A DNA stretch of 35,383 nucleotides, taken from the NCBI GenBank assembly GCA_010093705.1, contig MU006116.1:1-35383 (forward strand), written 5' to 3'. Position numbers and translations under genes: made by a program. The stretch's first letter is position 1. The number at the start of each line of letters is the position of its first letter. The notes beneath the pieces were generated by a model. That model saw nothing but the letters and a program-made list of their open reading frames with translations, had not been told where the DNA came from and ran no database searches. Origin of the DNA: Patellaria atrata CBS 101060. Its lineage: Eukaryota. This document shows, piece after piece, positions 1 to 13,743 of the stretch.

Positions 1-507
1 ATATTTAAATATTTTAATTATAAAGAATAACTAAATAATTAAATAATTAGAATAATTAAAGAAGAATTATATAATTTAAATATTTAGATATTTAAATATT
101 TTAATTATAAAAAATAACTAAATAATTAAGTAATTAAAATAATTAAAGTATAAATAACTAAATTAATTATAAAGAATAAAAATATTTAAAAATAATCTTT
201 TTTTTATATATTTAAATTCTTTATAATTATTTTTACTATTAATTTTATTTATAAATTTAAATATTATAATTTTAAATTTAATTTTATTTATTATATTATT
301 TTTATATAATATATCTTATTTTATTATAAATATTACTTAAAATTAAGAAGTTAATAAATTATATTAATAATTTAAAATACTTTTATTATATATATTTTAT
401 TATTTTATTAAATTTATCTTTATAATTAATTATATTAAATAAGAAGTTAAATATATTTCTAAATTTATTTAACTTTATTTTAATAAATATAAACTTTTAT
501 TATAATA
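1..507 (+). repeat. Family A LTR (5' part outside window; 3' or solo LTR; type II U3 repeats), inserted into gag of A0
   Basis: Colinear with the LTRs at 9698-10280 and 34544-35172 and ends in the shared terminus TATTATAATA. Has about 87-bp tandem units at 1 and 88. It is followed by minus-strand A gag sequence (508-539), not by its own internal region. Confidence 0.85.
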
Positions 508-539
508 AATATATTTTAAAACTTTCTTTTTATTATTTA

Positions 540-2374
540 ATATAAAGTATTATTAAATATTATATATTATTAAATATTATAGAATTTCTTAATATAAATA
601 ATTTATTATAAAGAATATTAAATTAATTATTATTAAATTAAAAATTTATATAATTTATATTTATATTAAATTTAAAAGTCTTTTTTAAATTCTTTTTATA
701 TATTTAAATATTATATTTAGTCTTTTTATAATTCTTATAATATTATATAACTAGTTAAATTATTTTATAATTATTATTATTTTAAGTCTTCTTTAATTAT
801 TAAAATATTATAAATATTTTAATAATTATTTTTATTAATATCTTATTATATTTTATTATATTATTATATTAAATTTACTTTTATTTATATATTTTTCTCT
901 TAATTATTATTATTAATTACTTTTTAAATTTAATAATATAAATATTTATAAATATATTTTTATATATTATTAATTTAACTTTTTTTATAAATTATATAAA
1001 TTTTAATTAAATTATAATAAATAATTAAATAATAAAATTTATATAAATTTTAATTATAATTTAAATTTAAATATATTATTTAAAATCTTTAATTATTATA
1101 ATATTTATAATAGTAAAAGTTTTAATAAAATATATAAATATATTTTAAAGCGATTTAATATTATTTATATATTAATAAAGATAAAATTTAATATTTTAAA
1201 AAGTTTATAATAGTTCTTCTTTATAAATATATTAAAAAATATATTTTTAAAAATTAATAGAAAGCCTCTTTTATTAATATAAAAGATATATTAATATATT
1301 AAATTTTAAATATATTAAAAGTATTTATACTTTAATAATAAAAAATAGATTATATTAAATAATTAAAGTATATATAATAAATAAAAAAATATATAATATA
1401 TTATAATTTTATTTTTTAAATAATAATTTTTAAAATTCTAATTAAAATAACTTTTATAAATATTAAAAATAAATAATTAGTATATTTCTATTATATATAC
1501 TTTTATATATATATTAAAGTACTTTAATTATTTAAAATTAAATATATTATTTATTTAACTATTTTTAAAGATTAAAATCTTTTAATTATATAATATATTT
1601 ATCTTTTTATATTATATAAAGATATAAATATAATCTTTATAAATAATAAAAAATAAAATTATATACTTTATAATATAAATATTTTAGATAATTATAATTT
1701 ATTTTCGATTATTTAATTAAATAAAATTAAATTTTATATATCTTTTTATATTTATAATAATTTTTATTAACTTAATTATATTTATTTAAAAGTTAATTTT
1801 ATCGAAATTATAAATATTATATTTAATTTTTATCTTTTTAATAAGTTTAAACTATATATTAATTATTTTAAGATTTTTTTTAAAATATTCTTTAATAATT
1901 CTTTATTTAATTAAAGATTATCTTTAATTTATTTAAATATATTATAAATCTTTTAAATTAATTTTTATTTATTTATTTTTTTACTTTATATATTTAATAG
2001 TTTATCTATTATATTTATTACTTTATATAGTTAAAATATAAATTCTTATAAATTAAGATTAAAAATATATTAAATAATTATTTACTTTTTAATTATAATA
2101 AACTTTTAATAATTAAATTAATAATTAATTTAAGTGAAAATTTAATTATATCTTTATTAAAACTTTTATAAATATATATTATATATAATAGCGATATATT
2201 ATAAATTTTAAAATTAGTCTTTTTTATAAATTTAAAATATAAATTTTATTTAATCTTTTTATTAAACTTTATTATTTTATTATTATTAAGATATTTTATA
2301 TTATAGTAAAAATAATAATTATTAAAAAATTCTAAAAAATTTAATAATATATAATATTTTATAATATTTTATAT
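540..2374 (-). mobile_element. Fot1/pogo-type (Tc1/mariner superfamily) DNA transposon, full length (1835 bp), RIP-degenerated
   Basis: About 48-bp terminal inverted repeats at 540-587 and 2327-2374. TA duplication at 538-539/2375-2376, matching the single TA in the empty A gag site near 9089. Internal transposase motifs present. Confidence 0.9.
600..2294 (-). pseudogene. DDE (pogo/Fot1-family) transposase pseudogene
   Basis: Minus-strand NIYNFDKINF at 1789-1818 (=DIYNFDETGF). YIFFYLLYIL*LFNIIYFLLLKYKY at about 1321-1395 (=CMPPHSSHILQPLDVVCFSPLKRKY). YKNYKKTKYNI*IY at about 700-741 (=CGNCGKTGHNARTC zinc knuckle). HTH-like N-terminus from ATA(ATG) at 2294. Many stops and at least one frameshift; 3' end approximate. 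Confidence 0.9.
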
Positions 2375-2891
2375 TATTATTTATTAACTTTTTTAAAGAT
2401 ATTCTTAAATATTTTTATAAACTTTAAAAATAATATAAAAAATTTAATTATCTTTTCTTTTTATTCTTTTTTATTATTTTTAAAATAATCTTATATAATA
2501 AATTTAAAATATTTTAAAATATTTCTTTAAAATATATTAATATATTAAATATATATTTATTATTATCTATTAACTTTATTTTTTTATAATAAATTTTTAT
2601 TTAAATAAAAAATTCTTTTAATTTATTTTATTTATTATTATAAAATATTAGTTTTTTAATTTTTTTAATTCATTTTTATAAAAATAATAATTATATAATT
2701 AATTATTTAAATTAATTTTTAAATCTTTAAATTATTTCTTTACTTTTAAATTTATTAATATATTTATATAATATTTAAATATATTTTTTATTTATCTTTA
2801 TATAATAATATTATATATAAATTTATTATATACTTTTTTATTATATAATAATTATAATATTATAATAAAAGTTTATATTTATTAAGATAAA

Positions 2892-3393
2892 TATTATAAT
2901 AAGAGTTTATATTTATTAAAATAAAGTTAAATAAATTTAAAAATATATTTAACTTCTTATTTAATATAATTAATTATAAAGATAGATTTAATAAAATAAT
3001 AAAATATATATAATAAAGATATTTTAAATTATCGATATAACTTATTAACTTCTTAACTTTAAGTAATACTTATAATAAGATAAGATATATTATATAGAAA
3101 TAATATAATAAATAAAATTAAGTTTAAAACTATAATATTTAAATTTATAGATAAAATTAATAATAAAAATAATTATAAAAAATCTAAATATATAAAAGAA
3201 AGATTATTTTTAAATATTTCTATTCTTTATAATTAATTTAGTTATTAGTTATTCTCTATAATTAACACGATTAACGATTATTATTTAATTACGTAATTCT
3301 TTATTATTTATTTTATTTATAGTTTTTTTAAATAGTATTTCTTCTTTCTCTTTATTTATTATTTATATATTTTTATAATTTATAGTTATAATA
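2892..3393 (-). repeat. A1 3' LTR (502 bp, one type I unit)
   Basis: Reverse complement of the LTR at 9698-10280; termini TATTA...TAATA are RIP products of TG...CA ends. Confidence 0.9.
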
Positions 3394-4009
3394 TTATTCT
3401 TTTCTTTTTTAACTTTTATTTTAAGAGTTTATTTCTTTTATTTAAATATATAGTAAATATATTATCTATTTATTAAATTATATATATCTTTTTTCTCTTT
3501 TTTTTAAAATATTAAAAGTTAAATTCTATTTAATCTATTATCGATATTACGTTATCTATATTATTTTATATAGTCGTTTTATATTAACTTTTTATTTCGT
3601 TTATTATTATTCTTTTTATTTTTATATTATCGATATTCCTTTTAATTTCTATTCTAAATATCTTATTTATAGTTTAAAATATAATCTTATAGTAATATAG
3701 AAGAATTAGAATAAATTTAATATTTTAAAAGTTTAAACTTATTCTAAATTAACTATTATTAAGAATAAATAAGAATCTCTTTAAACTTATATATATTATC
3801 TTTATAAATAATTTTATTCTTTTAAAAAGAAAGAGTTTAAAATATTTTATTATAAGTTTAATTCTATTAAGAAATATAAAACTTTAGAGTAAATAATTAA
3901 AGAATAATAAATTTTTTTAATCGCTTTTTCTTTCTTTATTATCGTATCTCTTTTTAATTAGTCTAGTTTAAATTTCTCTATTTTTAAGAGTCTAAAATTC
4001 TCTAGTTTT

Positions 4010-7000
4010 AGTAATAAAATTATTTAAGTTTCTAATTATAATTTATTAAATATTTAAATAATTTCTATATATTATCTATATATTTATAGCCTTTCTATTT
4101 TACTAAATATTTATATTAACTATCTACTTATTATAGATTTAAGATTTATTTTATCTTATAAATATTTTCTTCTTTAAATTTTATAGGTTATATTTAGAGT
4201 TTAGTATTAATATATATTAATTCTAGAAGTAATATATAGAAAATTAAATATATCTTTATTCTTTATAATAACTCTAATTTATAATTAATTTTTTCTTTAA
4301 TTTATTTAATTTTAAAAGAATCGATTTTCTTATAGTCTAATTTCTTATTAGATCGTTTTATTTTAAAATTTTTCTATAATAAATAAACTTTATCTCTTCT
4401 TTTAAAGATTAATTTTAGCGATCTATATTAATTACTATACTTTATAACTCTTATTATTTAGAAAGTTATATCTCGTAATAATTATATATATAATTTCTTA
4501 ATTTACTTAACTTTTAATATTACTTTTTATAAAATACTTTAAACTATTCTCTACTCACGATATACTTCTAATTTAAAACTATAGTTTATATAAAAGGGTA
4601 AAATCTTTATAATATCGAATTTCGCGTTATTATATATAAATTATATTATTAGTAATAACTCTATTTAATTATTTTATTAGTAATTTATATAATTATATAA
4701 ATATTATTTTAAAGATTAATTTATTCTCTTAATTTAACTATCTATTTATAGATAAAAGCTCGTTAATAACTTATAATTTTCTTTTAAACTTTATATTAAA
4801 GTTTATTAAAATATTAATTTAAATAGTTTATCTTTATTTAAGATAATTTTTTTTAATATTTAATAATTCGCTAGTACTATTTTTATTATTAATACTACTA
4901 TTTATAGTATTATTATCGTCGTCTTTATTAGTATAAAGTAGATAAACTTTATTAATCGTTTTACGATAATTAATATTATATTATATTCTACTTTTATTAT
5001 TAAATCTTTAAATTCTAATAAATTTATAATAAAATTTATTATTATTAAGTTTTATACTCGCTTTAATAGCTTAATATATTATATTTATTTATTAAATATA
5101 TATTTTATACTCTTATTTCGTATATAATTATTATATTTTAAAATAATTTACTTTACTATACTTCTTATTTTTAGGAAATAATAATTTCTTAAAATTCTTT
5201 TTAAGGTTTTATTAATACTTTAATAATTATATATTAATGTTTTATAAATCTTTTTAGTAAAAGTCTTTTATAATATTATTAATATATATATAAACTTATT
5301 ATATAATTATATTTCTTAAATTATTTATATTACTCTAAAATTATTATCTTTTTAAAACTTCTCTATTATATTATTTTTTTAATAAGTATTATAAATTTAT
5401 TATTCTCTTATAAATTTAATTATTAGTATTATAGTTAATCTTAATTAATTATAAATAATCGCGTTATTTTCTTTCTTTAATATTATATTATATATTAGTT
5501 TTATTTTTTCTAGATAGTTAAATCTTTTATTTATAATATTAATTAATTTATTTTTAATTTTTAGTTTATAAAATATTTTAAAATTAAAAAATACGAGTAT
5601 TTCTATTTATTTTATTTATTTTCGATTTAACTTCTTTATTATAAGAAAATTTATTAGATTTTAATAATTTAACTAAATTTTTATAATATACTTAGATTCT
5701 TTAAGATATAATCTCTATTATTTAAATATATTAATAATTACTAATAACTCTTTATTATATATATTATAGTTTAATTTTATAGCTATAAACTTTTATAAAT
5801 AAAAGATTATTAAATATAATTATCCTTTCTTATTTAACTAATTTATATATATATTTAATATATAATTAGATATATTAGTTTCTAATATTATTAATTTCTC
5901 TAAATTAAATATAATTAAGATAGATATTATAATAAATTTCTTTTTAAATTTATTAAATACTTTTTATATTTTCTTTATTTAAATAAAGATATTTTCCTTT
6001 TTTATTAATTTTAATAGTAATATTATTATCTTTAAATATTTTTAGATAAACTTTCTATAATAATTTATAAAATTTAAGAATAATTATATATTTTTTATAT
6101 TCTTTAATATTAATTAATCTTTAATTATAATTATTTTTTTTAGATCTACTTATATACTTTTAATAATAATAATAAAATTTAGAAATTTTATTTCTTTAAT
6201 ATAAAATTTATATTTATTTAAATATATTAAAAGTCTCTTTTTTTATAATTTTATTAATACTTTTTTTATATACTTTCTATATTCTTTAAGTGTTTTATTT
6301 ATATATATTAGTATATTATTTAGGTAAATAGTTATTAATATATTAAAATATTTTTTTAATATATAATTAATCACTATTTAAAATATTATTAAAATATTAG
6401 TTAAGTTAAATAATATTATTATATATTTATATAATTTAAATTTTATTTTTATAATTATCTTCTATTTTTTATCTTCTTTTATTTTAATTCGATAGTAATT
6501 ATCTTAAATATTAAATTTTATAAATTATTTTACTTTTTATAATTTATCTTAAATTTCTAAGATTAAAAGTAATAAATATTTATTCTTAATTATAATATTA
6601 TTTAATTATTTATAATTAATATATAATTTTAACTTATTATTCTTCTTTAATATAAATAGAATTAGTGAAGTTATTAGATTTTTATTAAATTATATATATT
6701 CCTTTTTTAAGTTAATATAAATATATTCTTTAAATACTTTATATTATTTTCTTATTAATAAATAAATTAAATTAAATTATAATTTTATATCTTTTTTTAA
6801 TATTATTTTATAATTTTATATTTAATAATTTAGAAGTATAATTATTATATCTTTTTTAAATAAATCTTTAAACTTATTATACTCTTTAAATATTTTAAAT
6901 TTTTTAGAAATTTTTTTAATATTTACTTTTTTAAATTATATTACTTTTATATTTTTAGATTTATTTCTATAAATCTTTATTATCTTATAATATAAAATAT

Positions 7001-7507
7001 ATTTTATAAATATACTAATATCTATTTATTTAATATATCTCGTTTATTTAACTTTATTCTTTTATAAGATATTTTAATTAATTTAAATACTTTTTATTTT
7101 TTAATTAATATTTAAATTTATTATTTATAATTAATTTATCTTTAAAATTATATTTATATCTTTTAAATCGATTATAAAAATATATTAAATAATTATTTTC
7201 TCTTATATATTAACTTTTATTAATATAATTTTAAAGTTAATTAGACTTTATTTATATTTTATTTCTTTATTATTTTCTAGTTATAATAGGACTAGATTTT
7301 TAAATTTTATATAAAATATACTTTTCTTCTTTATTTATTAAGATAAGATAAATAAATTAATAGTATTATTATTAATTAATATTATTATTTTCTTATTATA
7401 TATAATAATATTTACTTAAAATATTCTATTATTACTTTATAAAATTTTAAGAAATTTAGTAGTTATACTTTTTAATTATTTTTTTTTAAATAACTTAATA
7501 GTTTTTT
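4010..7507 (-). pseudogene. pol: A1 pol pseudogene (protease, RT, RNase H, integrase, chromodomain)
   Basis: YLNNILIY at 6303-6326 (=YLDDILIY). NYNIYNKELLVII at about 5733-5771 (=NYDIHDKELLAIV). SFYL*IDS*IKRIN* at about 4716-4760 (=SFHPQTDGQTERMNQ). YLVK*KGY...NI*K at about 4060-4110 (chromodomain YLVKWKGY...NTWE). Ends approximate. Confidence 0.9.
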
Positions 7508-9550
7508 ATATAATCGTGTATCGAGTAATTAGATTCTATATATATAATCTAGTATAGTTTATTATATTAGTTATAATATAGACTTTTATAATATTTTTTA
7601 TACTTTAATTCTCGATATTCCTATTTAATAATTATATTATAATTTAGATTACTTTTAATTTTTACTTTTTATCTTTATATAATATAATAATTATATTATA
7701 ATTCTTTAATTATATATTATTTAAAGTCTATCGCGTTATATTTAATAGTGTACTCGATAATCTCTTTATTATTTTTAAGTATTTTTATTTTTTATAAAAA
7801 TATTTTTATTTTATAAAACTTTTTCTTTAATTCTTTATAATATTAATAATTTATACTATATTTATAATCTTCTTATATTATTACTATATATCTTATATAA
7901 ATTAATATTTAATAATATTATTTATATTTAAATTTATTTATATAATTAAAACTATTATATTTTCTATAATTATTTACTAATAACTCGAGTTTTTAATTTT
8001 TTTTAAATACTTTTATTTTATCTTTATAAATTTTACACTCTTTTATCTAGTATTAACTTTTAGATAAATATATATATATAAAATCTTAATTCTTAAACTT
8101 CGTTATAATCTTTTATTATTTATATTATAAATAATTACTCTCTTTATATTATATTTATTAAAAAATTAAATAATCTTCTACTTTTAATATAAAGTTTAAT
8201 TATTATTCTTTAATAATTATATTAATATTAGATTTAAATTTAATTAGTTTCTAATTATAAAACTTTTATTTAAATTATTATTATTATTCTATAATCTAAT
8301 ATATAAGATTTAATTTATTAGATATTTATATTTTAATTCTTTAATCTTAATTCTATATTAAATATTTTAATATTATATATATATATATATTTCTATATAT
8401 TTAATATTATTAATTATTTAAATATTATTAAAATATCTTTTTTTTTAACTAATTTCTTATTATTAAAAATAATATTAATAGTCTACTTATTTTTATTTAA
8501 TAAAATAATAGTGTTTCTTTAATCTTTTTCTCTTTTAGCGATAAAATTAATAATAATAATATTAAATATATAACTTTAAGTTATATATATTAATTATATT
8601 ACGAGAATAATTATATCTTTTATAGATAATTTTTCTTAAAATATTTTATTTCTCTATATTATAAATATATTTTATTTATAAAATATTCTTTTTCTTTTTA
8701 AATAAACTATTATTATTTCTTCGACTTCTTTTATTTTATCTATTATAATTAATCGAGATTTATTAAATTTTCTTAATTTTATTTATTTATAATTTTTATT
8801 ATTTTCTTTTTATATTTAATTATAATATTCTTTTATTTTCTCTTTTTCTATTTATATTTATATAATTTATTATCTATTTTAATTACTAAAATCATTATAT
8901 TTTATATTATTATTAATCTTTTATAATAAACTTATTTATTCTTTATTTCTTTCTTTAAATTTTAATAAAAAGTTATTATTAATAGTTTATTAAATTAATT
9001 TAATATTAATATTATTTATTAAAATATAATTATATATTTTAAAGTTAATTCTTTTTATTTAAATTTTTAAAGCTTTTTTTTAGTTATTTATTATTTATCG
9101 ATTTTCTTAAAAATATTTTTAAACGTTTCTTTAAATTTTAGAAATAATTTAAAGATTTTAACTATTTTATCTTTTTAATATTTTTTATTATTTTTAAAAT
9201 AATTTTATATAATAAATTTAAACTATTTTAAAATATCTTCTTTAAAATATATTAATATATTAAATATATATTTATTATTATCTATTAACTTTATTCTTTT
9301 ATAATAGATTTTTATTTAAATTAAGAATTCTTTTAACTTATTTTATTTATTATTATATAATACGAGTTTTTTAACTTTTATAGTTTATTTCTATAATAAA
9401 AGTAATTATATAGTAAATTATTTAAACTAATTTTTAAATTTTTAAATTATCTTTTTATTTTTAAATTTATTAATATATTTATATAATATTTAAATATATT
9501 CTTTATTTATTTTTATATTAATTATAATTAATAATATTATATTTAAATCT
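7495..9550 (-). pseudogene. gag: A1 gag pseudogene with CCHC knuckle and long C-terminal extension
   Basis: RIP-converted CX2CX4HX4C starts at 8667 and is in frame with the His/Cys motif at 7566 (1101 nt apart). Mirror image of A2 about 10310-12369. Start approximate. Confidence 0.75.
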
Positions 9551-9697
9551 ATTATATACTTTTCTACTATATAATAATTATAATATTATAATAAAAGTTT
9601 ATACTTATTAAAATAAAATTAAATAAGTTTAGAAATATATTTAACTTTTTATTTAATATAATTAACTATAAAGATAAATTTAATAAAGTAATATAAT

Positions 9698-10280
9698 TAT
9701 TATAGCTATAAATTATAAGAATATATAGATAATAAATAAAAAGAAGAAAGAAATATTATTTAAAAAAATTATAAATAAAATAAGTAATAAAGAATTAAAT
9801 AATTAAATAATAATCGCCGGTTATATTAATTATCGTAAATAACTAATAACTAAAATAATTAAATAATAATCGTCGGCCGTATTAATCGTTATAAACGACT
9901 AATAATTAGAATAATTAAAGTATAAATATAATAAATTAACTATAAAGAATAAAAATATTTAAAGATAATTTTTTCTTTATATATTTAAATTCTTTATAGT
10001 TATTCTTATTAATAATCTTATTTATAAATTTAAATATTATAGTTTTAAATTTAACTTCACTTATTATATTATTTCTATATAATATATTTTATTTTATTAT
10101 AAATATTATTTAAAGTTAAAAAGTTAGTAAATTATATTATTAACTTAAAATATCTTTATTATATATATTTTATTATTTTACTAAATTTATCTTTATAGTT
10201 AATTATATTAAATAAAAAATTAAACGCGTTTTTAAACTTATTTAATTTTATTTTAATAAATATAGACTCTTATTATAATA
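9698..10280 (+). repeat. A2 5' LTR (583 bp, two 56-bp type I units)
   Basis: Starts TATTATAGCTATAA and ends TATTATAATA; tandem units at about 9798-9910; directly followed by the gag-bearing internal region. Confidence 0.9.
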
Positions 10281-10309
10281 TTATAACTATTATATAATAG
10301 AAAAGTATA

Positions 10310-12369
10310 TAATAAATTTAGATATAATATTATTAGCTATAATTAATATAAAAATAGATAAAAAATATATCTAAATATTATATAAATATATTAATAAACT
10401 TAAAAATAAAGAGATAATTTAAAAACTTAAAAATTAGCTTAAATAACTTACTATATAGTTATTATTACTATAAAAGTGAACTATAAAAATTAAAGAACTC
10501 GTATTATATAATAGTAAATAAGATAAATTAAGAGGATTTTTAATCTAAATAAAGATCTATTATAAAAGAATAAAATTAACGGATAATAATAAATATATAC
10601 TCGATATATTAATATATTTTAAAGAAGATATTTTAGAATAATTTAAATTTATTATATAAAACTATCTTAAGAATAGTGAAAAATATTAAAAAAATAAAAT
10701 AGTTAAAATCTTTAAATTATTTTTAAAGTTTAAAGAAATATTTAAAAATGTTTTTAAAGAAGTTAATAAATAATAAATAATTAAAAAGAAACTTTAAAAA
10801 TTTAAATAAAGAAATTAACTTTAAAATATATATTTATATTTTAATAGATAGTATTAATATTAGATTAATCTAATAAATTATTAATAATAATCTTCTATTA
10901 AAGTTTAAAAGAAGAAGTGAAGAATAAGTAAATTTATTATAAAAAACTAATAATAATATAGAATATAATAATCTTAATAATTAAAATAGATAATAGATTA
11001 TATAAATATAGATAAAAAAAAGGAGAATAGAAAAATATTATAATTAAATATAAAAAGAAAATAATAAAGATTATAAATAAATAAAATTAAAGAGATTTAA
11101 TAGATCTTAATCGATTATAGTAAATAAAATAAAAAAAGTCGAAGAAATAATAATAGTTTATTTAAAAAGAAAGAAAATACTTTATAAATAAAGCGTATTT
11201 ATAGTATAAAGAAATAGAATATTTTAAGAAAAACTATTTATAAAAGATATAATTATTCTTATAATATAATTAATATATATAATTTAAAGTTATATATTTA
11301 ATATTATTATTATTAGTCTTATTATTAAAAGAGGAAAAGATTAAAAAAATATTACTACTTTATTAAATAAAGATAAGTAAGCTATTAATATTATTTTTAA
11401 TAATAGAAAATTAGCTAGAAAAGAAGATACTTTAATAATATTTAAACTATTAATAATATTAAATATATAGAAATATACACGTGTATATAGTATTAAAATA
11501 TTTAATATAAAACTAAAGTTAAAGAATTAAAGTATAAATATCTAATAAATTAAACCTTATATACTAGATTATAAAGTAATAATAATAGCTTAAATAAGAA
11601 TTCTAGAATTAGAAGTCGATTAAACCCGAATTTAATATTAATATAAATACTAAAGAGTAATAATTAAATCTTATATTAAGAATAGAAGATTATTTAATCT
11701 TTTAATAAATATAATATAAAGAAGATAACTATTTATATTATAAATAATAAAAAATTATAATAAAATATAAAGACTAAAATCTTATATATATATATTTATT
11801 TAAAAGCGAGTATTAGATAAAAGAATATAAAATCTATAAAGATAAAACGAAAATACTTAAAAAAAAATTAGAAACTTAAACTACTAATAAACGATTATAA
11901 AAAGTATAATAGTTTTAATTATATAAATAAACTTAAATATAGATAATACTATTAAGTACTAATTTATATAGAATATATAATAATAATATAAGAAGATTAT
12001 AAATATAATATAAATTATTAGTATTATAAAGAATTAAAGAAAAAGTTCTATAAAATAAAAGTATTTTTATAGAAAATAGAAATATTTAGAAATAGTATAA
12101 AAACCACTAAATAAGCTACTAAATATAATATAATAAACTTTAGATAATACGCGATTAAAGAAATATAGTATAATTACTATACCGCGTAAAGATAGAGAGT
12201 AGAAATTAAAAGTAACTTAAATTATAATATAATTATTAAATAAGAATATCGAGAATTAAAGTATAAGGAATATCGTAAAAATCTATACTATAACTAATAT
12301 AATAAATTACACTAAACTATATATATAGAATTAGGTTACTCGATATATAGTTATATAAAAAACTATTAA
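10310..12369 (+). pseudogene. gag: A2 gag pseudogene
   Basis: YL*YKEIEYFKKNY at 11196-11237 (=CX2CX4HX4C). Ends KNY* just after the heptamer AAAAAAC (12357-12363). Start approximate. Confidence 0.75.
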
Positions 12370-13374
12370 GCTACTCGAGATAGAAATAATTAAAAAGTAT
12401 AGCTTTTAAATTTCTTAAAACTTTATAAAATAATAATAAAACATTTTAAGTAAATATTATTATATATAATAAAAGAATAATAACGTTAATTAATAACGAT
12501 ATTATTAATTCGTTTATCTTATTCTAATAGATAGAAAAGAAAAGTATATCTTATATAAAACTTAAGAATTTAGTTTCGCTATAATTAGGAAATAGCGAAA
12601 GAATAGAATATAAATAAGATTTAATTAACTTTAAAACTATATTAATAGAAGTTAATATATAAGAAAAGATAATTACTTAATATATTCTTATAATTAATCT
12701 AGGAGATATAGATATAATTTTAGAGATAAATTAATTATAAATAATAAATTTAGATATTAATTAAAAGACGAAAAGTATTTAAATTAATTAAGATATCTTA
12801 TAAAAGAATAAAATTAAATAAATAAGATATATTAAATAAATAAACGCTAATATATCTATAAAATATATTTTATATTATAAGATAATAAATATTTATAGAA
12901 ATAAATTTAAAAGTATAAAAGTAATATAGTTTAAGAAAGTAAATATTAAAAAGATTTCTAAAGAATCTAAAATATTTAAAAAGTATAATAAGTCTAAAGA
13001 TTTATTTAAAAAAGATATAACGACTATACTTTTAGATTATTAGATATAAAATTATAAAATAATATTAAAAGAAAGTATAAAACTACGATTTAATCTAATT
13101 TACTTATTAATAAGAGAATAAAAAGTACTTAAAAAATATATCTATATTAACTTAGAAAAAAGATATATATAATTTAATAAAAGTTTAATAGCTTTATCGA
13201 TTCTATTTATATTAAAAAAGAATAGTAAGCTAAAATTATATATTAACTATAAATAGCTAAATAATATTATAGTTAAGAATAGATATTTATTACCCTTAAT
13301 TTTAGAAATTTAAGATAAGTTATAAGAAGTAAAATAGTTTACGAAATTTAATATCTAAAATAGTTACTATCGAA
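12357..13374 (+). pseudogene. pol: A2 pol fragment (aspartic protease and RT N-terminus)
   Basis: TLINNDIINSFI at 12483 (=ALVDSGATNSFI-like). DIILEIN*L at 12711 (=DVILGMDWL). ILFILKKNSKLKLYINYK*LNNIIVKNRYLLPLI at 13200 (=ILFVPKKDGKLRLCVDYRQLN...KNRYPLPLI). Confidence 0.9.
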
Positions 13375-13743
13375 ATAGATAAAATTAATAGTAAAAATAA
13401 CTATAAAAAATTTAAATATATAAAAAAAAGATTATTTTTAAATATTTTTATTCTTTATAATTAATTTAATTATTTATATTTTAATTATTTTAGTTATTTA
13501 ATCGTTTAATTATTCTTTATAATTAAAATATCTAAATATTTAAATATTTAAGTTATATAATTCTTCTTAATTATCTTAATTATTTAATTATTTAATTATT
13601 CTTTATAATTAAAATATCTAAATATTTAAATATTTAAATTATATAATTTATTATTATTTATTTTATTAATAATTCTTTTAAGTAGTATTTCTTTTTTTTC
13701 TTTATTTATTATTTATATATTCTTATAATTTATAGTTATAATA
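13375..13743 (-). repeat. A3 3' LTR lacking about 255 bp of its distal end; two 86-bp type II units
   Basis: Matches the A1 LTR from about 3148 onward; unit marker ATTCTTTATAATTAAAATATCTA at 13512 and 13598. Confidence 0.85.

Larger units (their letters stand above)
9698..13374 (+). mobile_element. A2: 3'-truncated family A element (5' LTR, gag, protease, N-terminal RT)
   Basis: LTR 9698-10280, then an internal region that mirrors A1 about 6488-9583. Stops abruptly after *FTKFNI*NSYYR (=WFTKFDIRDGYYR) at 13374. Confidence 0.9.

Noticed and set aside
508..2374. Captured host gene or non-autonomous family A derivative
   Set aside because: Resolved as a Fot1-type transposon with TIRs and a TA duplication; A gag continues on both sides.
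8374..8390. (TA)n microsatellite
   Set aside because: It is a RIP product: the homologous A2 site reads ATACACGTGTATATA at about 11475-11489.
10281..10295. PBS or self-priming site for family A
   Set aside because: The best complement is to the LTR start rather than to a plausible transcript 5' end, and the sequence is too low in complexity to judge.
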